From Clostridia bacterium (GTDB lineage Bacteria > Bacillota > Clostridia > UBA1381 > UMGS1253): DNA of 64,000 nucleotides. The first letter of the stretch is position 1. Each line of letters starts with the position of its first letter. The DNA lies in NCBI GenBank assembly GCA_045578865.1, contig JAZNLB010000003.1, forward strand, positions 559 to 64,558, read 5' to 3'. This document shows positions 47,839 to 54,438 of the stretch, piece after piece. Under the pieces are notes generated by a model that searched no databases, had not been told where the DNA came from, and saw only the letters and a list, made by a program, of their open reading frames with translations. The position numbers and the translations under genes are program-made.

Positions 47839-48900
47839 TTATGAAAGCTTGTCCTCTATCCACGCCGTGCCTTTGCAAATGCCGTATTTAAACAGGTAGT
47901 GACGCGGCAGGTCGAGGATGCTGCAGCCTATATGTAGGCATAAGGCAATCAGAAAAACGCCGCCAACCATCTGTGCAGGTGTTTTCTGTGCTAAAAAAGC
48001 ACAAGAATTCCATAAATAATTGCCAAACAGCAGAGGGTGCGTGTGAATTAAAAATACGGAAAAGGAGAGCGGAGCAAAAAAGCGAATCAGTCCTTTGCCG
48101 AAACGCACCTTCATTTTCGCAAACATCAAAAAAAGCGAAATTGCCGCACCTGTCACCAACGGGGCGGGGTAGGTTAAAATCAGATAGTCCCAGTCCGGAT
48201 TATAGGGAGTCTGAAGCAGTTTGTAATCTATGCCGAGTTTGATTGCCCAAGACAAAAGCGTGCAGAGCACAAAGACAAGCAGACACCATAAGGTATGCGC
48301 CTTGGTTTCGATGGCGTGCACTTTGATGTAAGCGCCGATGCAGTACAGATACAAAAGCCAAAGCACACTGTATCCCTGCATCGTGGAGAAAATATCCTTC
48401 TTAAACAGCAGGGGCAAAACAGTCAGGGAGACAAACAGTACCGCAAGTAAACTGCGCGATTTTTCCTTCGGTAATGCCAAAATGCCGGCGTTTAAAAATG
48501 GGGCAAAGAAATAGAGCAGAAAGTATGCGGTAAAGTACCAGTACTGTCCCATCGAAACGGGGAAAATCGCTTTGAGTTGCACTTCTTCGTTTATCAAACC
48601 GGGGCGCAGGTTGCAGACAAGTATCGTGATGAGCAAGGAGTAAAAAAACACCTGCAGCCATAAATTGACAATGCCGGAATATCTGTGTTTGGCATATACG
48701 CCCACATAACCGGAGATGATTGCATAGCAGTTTACGGCGCAAAAAGTCAGCGTTTCAAGAAGCCAGGCGGTATTGTAATGTGCAGAAAATGGTTTAGTTG
48801 CGCCAAGAACGCCACCTGCGCCGAGTACATGCAATATGCATACCATAAACATCGACACTATTCTTAATAAGTCTACACCGTAATTTCGTTTATCTGTCAT
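47839..48900 (-). CDS. Acyltransferase family 3 (OatA-like) membrane protein
   Basis: 353 aa, ~10 TM segments. N-terminus YGVDLLRIVSMFMVCILHVLG is typical of Acyl_transf_3. Confidence 0.8.
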   Translation of the reverse strand: MTDKRNYGVDLLRIVSMFMVCILHVLGAGGVLGATKPFSAHYNTAWLLETLTFCAVNCYAIISGYVGVYAKHRYSGIVNLWLQVFFYSLLITILVCNLRPGLINEEVQLKAIFPVSMGQYWYFTAYFLLYFFAPFLNAGILALPKEKSRSLLAVLFVSLTVLPLLFKKDIFSTMQGYSVLWLLYLYCIGAYIKVHAIETKAHTLWCLLVFVLCTLLSWAIKLGIDYKLLQTPYNPDWDYLILTYPAPLVTGAAISLFLMFAKMKVRFGKGLIRFFAPLSFSVFLIHTHPLLFGNYLWNSCAFLAQKTPAQMVGGVFLIALCLHIGCSILDLPRHYLFKYGICKGTAWIEDKLS

Positions 48901-49251
48901 GCTTTATCAACTCCTGTCGCCATTATACCATAAGTAAAAATGCTTGCTTGCAAGGGCATTTTTACGCAGCCGTCAATATTACAGAATGTACGAAGTACAT
49001 TTGCGACGAAGTCGCAAAGCCTTGCCACGCAAGGCTTGTTGTATTTATTATACCATAAAACACAGATATTTCAATAATGAAATCTTATAAAACAAAAACA
49101 TCCGAATGAATGATAAACAGTTTTAGGGAAGGAAGAAAAAGAAGAAAGAGGATTCGCCTTGCTGCGGCAAGGCCCGGTCGCGGCTCTGACTGTCCACCGG
49201 ACAGTCATTTGTTACCGCTCCCCTTCGAATCCATCCTCGAAGATAAATCAA

Positions 49252-49283
49252 ATAAAATAGGACATCCAAATGGATGTCCTATT
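49252..49283. terminator. Terminator downstream of the tRNA pair (minus-strand direction)
   Basis: 14-bp perfect stem aaaataggacatcc / ggatgtcctatttt with loop aaat. Confidence 0.75.
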
Positions 49284-49288
49284 TTATT

Positions 49289-49373
49289 TGGTGGAAGAGG
49301 ATGGATTCGAACCATCGAAGCTGAAAGCAACAGATTTACAGTCTGCCCCCTTTGGCCACTCGGGAACTCTTCC
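49289..49373 (-). tRNA. tRNA-Tyr (anticodon GTA), CCA encoded
   Basis: Reverse complement is GGAAGAGTTCCCGAGTGGCCAAAGGGGGCAGACTGTAAATCTGTTGCTTTCAGCTTCGATGGTTCGAATCCATCCTCTTCCACCA. It has a 7-bp acceptor stem, anticodon loop CTGTAAA, a long variable arm and a GGTTCGAATCC T-arm. Confidence 0.9.
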
Positions 49374-49376
49374 GTA

Positions 49377-49452
49377 TGGAGCTGGTGATGGGACTCGAAC
49401 CCGCAACCTGCTGATTACAAATCAGCTGCTCTGCCAATTGAGCTACACCAGC
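49377..49452 (-). tRNA. tRNA-Thr (anticodon TGT), CCA encoded
   Basis: Reverse complement is GCTGGTGTAGCTCAATTGGCAGAGCAGCTGATTTGTAATCAGCAGGTTGCGGGTTCGAGTCCCATCACCAGCTCCA. It has anticodon stem-loop GCTGA-TTTGTAA-TCAGC and a GGGTTCGAGTCCC T-arm. Confidence 0.9.
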
Positions 49453-49506
49453 ATATTTTCAATTGCGTTTGCATTTAACGGGTTTGTCCTCAAATGCGAC
49501 TTTTAA

Positions 49507-49535
49507 AGTATAGCACATAAGTTTTTCTCTGTCAA
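49507..49535 (-). promoter_or_regulatory. Sigma-A type promoter of the tRNA-Thr/tRNA-Tyr unit
   Basis: On the reverse strand: TTGACA (49535-49530), 17 nt, TATACT (49512-49507). Confidence 0.6.
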
Positions 49536-49684
49536 GCACTTTTTTAAAAAACTTTTTAACGGGCTATATGGGTTGAAATAGGTGTCGGCTTGTAGTATAA
49601 TTGTAGCGAATAAAGCGCACTCGCTGTTAAAGGTTGCGCTTTGCGGGCAGGAAGTGTCGGGGAAAGAAAAAAGAGGGTAATACA

Positions 49685-50386
49685 ATGAAATTTACATATG
49701 GATTAAAGCGTGGTTTACCGATTGCGCTCGGCTATTTGTCCGTGTCTTTTGGTTTCGGTATTTCTGCGGTTGCGATGGGACTTGCACCGTGGCAGGCGGT
49801 GCTCATTTCACTGATGAATGTTACCTCGGCAGGCCAGCAGGCGGGTGTTGCCGTAATGGCGGCGGGCGGTGCGGCATTTGAAATGATGCTTACGCAGTTG
49901 GTTATCAATATTCGTTATTCGCTGATGGGCATTGCACTTACGCAAAAACTCGGCGATAAATTTACATTTATACACAGACTTTTTTGTGCGTTCGGCATTA
50001 CGGATGAAGTGTTTGTAATGGCGGCGGATGAAAAGGTAAAACTTACGCCGGTTTATATGTACGGTTTAATTTTACTGCCTGTTCTGGGATGGACACTCGG
50101 TACAGCGCTCGGTGCATATGCGGGGCAGATTTTGCCGTCTGCACTTTGTGCGGCGCTCGGGCTTGCCATTTATGCGATGTTTGTCGCCATTGTAGTGCCA
50201 CCGGCAAAGGAAAACCGAGGGGTGCTTTCTACGGTGCTTGTATCGGTGGCGCTCAGTTGTATTTTATACTATGTGCCGTTTCTGAAAGTGCACATCTCAC
50301 AAGGCTTTGCCATTATCCTTTGTGCGGTGATTTCTTCTGCGTTGATGGCGTGGTTGATGCCGCGAAAGGAGGCAAACGATGCGTAA
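49685..50386 (+). CDS. azlC: AzlC-family branched-chain amino acid transport protein
   Basis: Track ORF 49634-50386. ATG at 49685 after AAGAGGG. GLPIALGYLSVSFGFG block. Confidence 0.85.
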   Translation: MKFTYGLKRGLPIALGYLSVSFGFGISAVAMGLAPWQAVLISLMNVTSAGQQAGVAVMAAGGAAFEMMLTQLVINIRYSLMGIALTQKLGDKFTFIHRLFCAFGITDEVFVMAADEKVKLTPVYMYGLILLPVLGWTLGTALGAYAGQILPSALCAALGLAIYAMFVAIVVPPAKENRGVLSTVLVSVALSCILYYVPFLKVHISQGFAIILCAVISSALMAWLMPRKEANDA

Positions 50387-50681
50387 TTATTGGGTTTTGC
50401 TTGTTGTTATGGCACTGACGACTTATTTCATTCGTATGATTCCGTTTGCGTTGTTTCGTTTTCGCATCCGAAGTCGTTTTGTGCAGGACTTTTTGTATTA
50501 TGTACCTTATGCGGTGCTTGGTGCGATGACGGTGCCGTATATCTTTTATGCGACGGGCAATGTTTATACCGCCGTTTGCGGCTTTGTTGTTGCCTTGTTG
50601 CTGGCGTTTCGCGGTATGTCGCTTTTGCCGGTGGCGGCGCTTTCGTGCCTTGCGGCTTATTTAGTTGGATTTTTCTTTTAA
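50379..50681 (+). CDS. azlD: AzlD-family branched-chain amino acid transport protein
   Basis: 100 aa with 3-4 TM segments. 8-nt overlap with azlC. Typical azlCD pairing. Confidence 0.8.
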   Translation: MRNYWVLLVVMALTTYFIRMIPFALFRFRIRSRFVQDFLYYVPYAVLGAMTVPYIFYATGNVYTAVCGFVVALLLAFRGMSLLPVAALSCLAAYLVGFFF

Positions 50682-50703
50682 AATACGGTAATGTAGGGTT
50701 GCA

Positions 50704-50731
50704 AACAAAAAGGAGTAGCGGAGCTACTCCT
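50704..50731 (-). terminator. Terminator of the minus-strand 52766-50777 cassette
   Basis: Reverse strand reads aggagtagc tcc gctactcct followed by TTTTTGTTT. Confidence 0.65.
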
Positions 50732-50776
50732 CTATAGTGAAAGGACCTAAAAATGTACATCATGTTTTTTATAATT

Positions 50777-51364
50777 CTATTTTGCCATAGAACGCCCAAA
50801 CTCCTTTAAAAAACTTTTTGGTATTGTATCTTTTGGAAGAACAAAAATATCATAAATATCAAATTCAGGAAACTCGGCCAAATTTGTATCATAACTTGCT
50901 TCAAAACAATAGGACGCCTCGTCACCCTGCGCGTGTTTTTCAGCAGTTTCTTCTTTGGCCAAATACAGCGGTCCTATCCAAAGTTCATGTTCTGCATCAA
51001 ATTTATAAATATACGGTCCGGCCTCCGGCGTGTCAAAAAACAAGTCATAACTGCAAATGCCCCATGAGATTTCATTCATCTCCCTATCCCTAAAAAACCT
51101 GGACAAGGTTTGTTTGCGAACTGCTGTATGCATGGGATCACTCAAGTCGTATACATTTAAAGTACAGGATAATTTTTTTGGCGAACTCAATTGTAAGTAT
51201 CCGTATTTTCCGTCATAACACTCCGTATATTCTTCTTTTGGAAAAACTGACGATAAATAAACCCGCGGAAAATAAGTAAAAAATAAAGCTATGCTCACAG
51301 AAAGCAAAACAATAATTGCAGTCACAAAGACAATGCATTTAACCTTTTTGGTGTTGTTATTCAT
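50777..51364 (-). CDS. Hypothetical membrane-anchored protein
   Basis: 195 aa. One N-terminal TM helix (CIVFVTAIIVLLSVSIALFFTYF), and the rest has no recognisable motif. Its start overlaps the upstream ORF's end by 8 nt (ATGAATAA). Confidence 0.65.
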   Translation of the reverse strand: MNNNTKKVKCIVFVTAIIVLLSVSIALFFTYFPRVYLSSVFPKEEYTECYDGKYGYLQLSSPKKLSCTLNVYDLSDPMHTAVRKQTLSRFFRDREMNEISWGICSYDLFFDTPEAGPYIYKFDAEHELWIGPLYLAKEETAEKHAQGDEASYCFEASYDTNLAEFPEFDIYDIFVLPKDTIPKSFLKEFGRSMAK

Positions 51365-52766
51365 ATACGATACCCTCCCTGTCGGAATATGTAAATGTTG
51401 CGATTCCGGAAATTCTTAAAACATAGTCTTTGCCACTTACTCCAAGAAAGTCCGCAGCCTTACTGTAGTACCTGTCCGTTCTATACTCTTCATTTGGGTC
51501 AATGATGTCATTAAATATGTACGCAATCGTGACACTGTATTTATCGTTTTCTCTTGGCTCGATCTTCCCCTTCATCTTAAAGTTGCCTACATCCGCATTG
51601 GAACCATTAATCAATTCATACCCTGTTTTATATCCACCTTCACCATCTAACGTTACGGAGATGGTGGCTTCAAATGTTTTTTGTCCCGCGCGAATAGACT
51701 GCTTGGTTTGTTCTGAAAATTTTTGCTTTATTACGGGATTATTCTTCATATAATTATTCCATCTTTTTCCGGACACTTTGACTTCGCTGCCATCTCCGAA
51801 CAACCATGTTCGAAGGACGAATTTTCCAAAATCGTCTTTAATTTCATCGTACATAGATTTTGCAAAACTGTATGTTGGCGCATATATTATGTTATTCAAA
51901 TGCAGGTCATCTGTATACATTACACCATTTTTAATGAAAGTGCCATACTCATCGCCAACATACAGTTCTTCTGTATAACCATTGATTTTTATTGTGGCTT
52001 TTTTGTTTTCAGAGTCCCAATCTACAGAACCGCCGGCATTTTCAACATTTGCTCTGACCGCTTTTGGAGCAGGTTCAGTTACTTTCCAAGCGTTTCCTTC
52101 TCGGTTTAACTCACCGCGTGGTTGGGATTGCCCTGTCGTACTGTCCGCGTACAACGCAGCAGAATTCTTGTGTGGGAATGCAAAATCATTATACGAACGA
52201 TCATTAGCACTCGCCAACGCCTTGTTGCTTTCGGGGTACTGCGCGAGATGATACGCTTTTTCCGGTTCGATTTTGGATGAGCTTTTGTACATGTTTGCCG
52301 AAAAGGTATTGCCAGCGCTTTTTGAGGTAGGTGATATTTCACGGATGGATGTACTCTGCCTTAAAATACTTTCAAACGGCGAGCCTTGGAAGGCATTATA
52401 CATATCGCTCTGTCTTTGGCTTGCATCGGATAGCATTTTGTAATATGCTCGGTCGCCTTCTTCGTCTCCGTATATACCTTGTAAAAATCCATGGTCGAGT
52501 TTGGTAACATTGGGATTTAATGTGTTGTTCGCTGTGCTTTTCAGCAAAGCTCGGATTTGTTTTTGTTCTTGCGCTGCACCATACAACTGTTGATTTTGCG
52601 CTCGTTGCTGCGCCGTTGGAAATCCGTTGCTTTTAAGAAAGTCTTGCGTTTTTATTTTGTTTGCATCGTTGTAGAGATAACTAAGCGCAGAATCTGCAAT
52701 GTCGTCCTCATCGAAAATACTTCCTTTTTTCTCATTATACGCTTTTCTCGCATTTTTGTCCAGCAT
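51357..52766 (-). CDS. Hypothetical 469-aa protein: Q/N/S-rich N-terminal half, central copper-amine-oxidase-N-terminal-like (stalk) motif, unknown C-terminal domain
   Basis: Long ORF in a locally AT-richer segment. aa ~236-290 (VRANVENAGGSVDWDSENKKATIKINGYTEELYVG...) resembles the Cu_amine_oxidN1 repeat; this is a weak call from memory. No signal peptide seen. The ATG has no RBS of its own but overlaps the stop of an RBS-preceded mini-ORF. Confidence 0.65.
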   Translation of the reverse strand: MLDKNARKAYNEKKGSIFDEDDIADSALSYLYNDANKIKTQDFLKSNGFPTAQQRAQNQQLYGAAQEQKQIRALLKSTANNTLNPNVTKLDHGFLQGIYGDEEGDRAYYKMLSDASQRQSDMYNAFQGSPFESILRQSTSIREISPTSKSAGNTFSANMYKSSSKIEPEKAYHLAQYPESNKALASANDRSYNDFAFPHKNSAALYADSTTGQSQPRGELNREGNAWKVTEPAPKAVRANVENAGGSVDWDSENKKATIKINGYTEELYVGDEYGTFIKNGVMYTDDLHLNNIIYAPTYSFAKSMYDEIKDDFGKFVLRTWLFGDGSEVKVSGKRWNNYMKNNPVIKQKFSEQTKQSIRAGQKTFEATISVTLDGEGGYKTGYELINGSNADVGNFKMKGKIEPRENDKYSVTIAYIFNDIIDPNEEYRTDRYYSKAADFLGVSGKDYVLRISGIATFTYSDREGIVYE

Positions 52767-52943
52767 TAGCCGCGTTTTTGCGGATTCGGTAAATAATTTT
52801 TCTGATACATAATTGTACCTCCCGTTAATATAAATTTTCGCTTTTGCGAATGTTTATATTATACCAAGGAAAAAAGGGCTACGACTATCAACTTTTCGTA
52901 AGCGACACATAGGTCGCTTGTTGCGACAAGTGAATTGCCCTGT

Positions 52944-52972
52944 GGCATGTGATTTGAAACCTGCGGTTTCAT
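52944..52972. repeat. Hairpin repeat, copy 1 (ggcatgtgatttgaaacctgcggtttcat)
   Basis: Near-identical to 53123-53149. Contains hairpin tgaaacc-tgc-ggtttca (52955-52971). Confidence 0.8.
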
Positions 52973-53122
52973 ACAAACGCAACCATTTTATTCCGCCGGA
53001 CGGAAGGGGATATGTACTTTTGTGACCAAAAGCACCAAAAGTCCCGGGGGTTCCGATTCCCCCGGGCCCCTAAAACGGCTTGGGAGGGATTGCATCCCCC
53101 CAAGACCCCCTTGCTGCCTTGC

Positions 53123-53149
53123 GGCATGATTTGAAACCTGCGGTTTCAT
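53123..53149. repeat. Hairpin repeat, copy 2 (ggcatgatttgaaacctgcggtttcat)
   Basis: Near-identical to 52944-52972. Hairpin at 53132-53148. Confidence 0.8.
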
Positions 53150-53475
53150 GATTTGCGCCGGTGGCGCATGAATTGTTTGTATATGCAAATGTAAATGTAA
53201 ATGCATTGAGAATGCAATTCGTTTTTATGAAGGGCAATGATTTATCATTGCCAATAATTTCGCTTGTGCCGATTTTTGAAATTGTCCTTAGCGCAGTTGC
53301 AATTTGGGAAGGTGCAAGGAGAACAAGAGGGTTCTTCCGCAAGACAACATAATGCAAAGTCGCAATTATCACAGCGGCATTCGTTTTTGGCAAATTGCCG
53401 TTGAACGGATAAGGAAAACTTTGTTTCCCGGTATATAGCCTGGTTTATTATGTTTCATGAAAAATCACCATATTA

Positions 53476-53497
53476 TCAAATAATAATTATTATTTGA
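53476..53497. promoter_or_regulatory. Perfect 22-bp AT-rich palindrome upstream of an XRE gene (candidate operator)
   Basis: tcaaataataa|ttattatttga is a perfect inverted repeat, ~75 nt upstream of the XRE start. Confidence 0.45.
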
Positions 53498-53571
53498 ATA
53501 GTAATAAATATTGCAATTATATCATATAATTTATTTTGCGTCAATGCGTTAAAATATATATGGTGATGCAT

Positions 53572-53805
53572 ATGAAGGCAGAATACAGAGAACGCTATAT
53601 CAAAATAGGGTTGAAAGTGTCTTATTATCGAAAACTGAAATCTATGACACAAGAGCAGTTGGCGGAAAAGATGAATTGCGATATTTCCTTTATCGGGCAA
53701 ATTGAAGCACCGAATATTTATAAGGCAATATCTATGGATACATTATTTCGCATTGCGGATGCATTGGAAATTGATGCGTACAAACTTTTGAAAGCGGAAG
53801 ATTAA
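53572..53805 (+). CDS. XRE-family helix-turn-helix transcriptional regulator
   Basis: Track ORF 53536-53805. ATG at 53572 after GGTGA. ...LKSMTQEQLAEKMNCDISFIGQIE.. is a classic HTH_3 core. Confidence 0.8.
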   Translation: MKAEYRERYIKIGLKVSYYRKLKSMTQEQLAEKMNCDISFIGQIEAPNIYKAISMDTLFRIADALEIDAYKLLKAED

Positions 53806-53808
53806 ACT

Positions 53809-53848
53809 AAAAGAGGATGCTGAAAATTAGTTTTTGGCATCCTCTTTT
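53809..53848. terminator. Bidirectional terminator between XRE and the Toprim gene
   Basis: 12-bp stem aaaagaggatgc / gcatcctctttt. The right arm lies within the 3' end of the minus-strand gene. Confidence 0.7.
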
Positions 53849-54438
53849 AATTCCTGAGTTATTTTTTTATAGTTTTCCTTATCCGTAATCTGATTGATGA
53901 CCTCGCACAAAAGATTGGTGCTCATGCGCCTCGGCAAACCGAGCCGGGCAAGTAAAGCCCTGCGTTTTTCGGCGCTGCCTGCGCCGCCCGTATACCCATC
54001 GTTATACAAATCCATGCGTGTAATCGGGTTGCGGATTTCCTGCACGGTGGCATCTTCGCCGAGGATGGTTGCTCCGGCTTTTCGAAGTGCAGCACATAAA
54101 AGAGCGCCGTCTATACCTTCTACGCCGAGTTTTCCTTCTTTGGAAGGCACGGTTTTGCGCCGCTCCTTGCCGAAAATATCGGGGATGTAGGCGTGTCGGA
54201 TTTTTTCTTTGTCAATGCCTTGCTTTACAAAATTACGGATGGCAAAACCTGCCGCATCCGAATCGGTAAGCACCACAAGACCGGTTGTATCTGCCATTTT
54301 TCGCAGAAATGCAAGTTTTTGCTTGTCTTTAAAAATCGTAAATCCATTGGTGGCAACGATGACCGCATCCACAACGCTTTCTAAACGGATTTTGTCGTAC
54401 ACGCCTTCCACCACAATGGTTTCTTTTATCTTAATCAC
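53827..54438 (-). CDS. rnmV: Toprim-domain protein, ribonuclease M5-like (DUF4093 type)
   Basis: 203 aa, GTG start overlapping the kinase stop (GTGA). IKIKETIVVEGVYDKIRL...LTDSDAAG is the Toprim E / DxD pattern seen in RNase M5. Confidence 0.6.
   Translation of the reverse strand: MIKIKETIVVEGVYDKIRLESVVDAVIVATNGFTIFKDKQKLAFLRKMADTTGLVVLTDSDAAGFAIRNFVKQGIDKEKIRHAYIPDIFGKERRKTVPSKEGKLGVEGIDGALLCAALRKAGATILGEDATVQEIRNPITRMDLYNDGYTGGAGSAEKRRALLARLGLPRRMSTNLLCEVINQITDKENYKKITQELKEDAKN

Noticed and set aside
49110-49506. Track ORFs 49110-49388 and 49270-49506.
   Set aside because: They overlap the complement of tRNA-Tyr and tRNA-Thr and the hairpin repeat region. They are not coding.
52988-53393. 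Track ORFs 52988-53206 and 53070-53393 (minus strand).
   Set aside because: They read through the GC-rich hairpin repeat array (MHLHLHLH..., PGESEPPG...). They are low-complexity artefacts of palindromic repeats. At most, the 5' part of the second could be a gene remnant.
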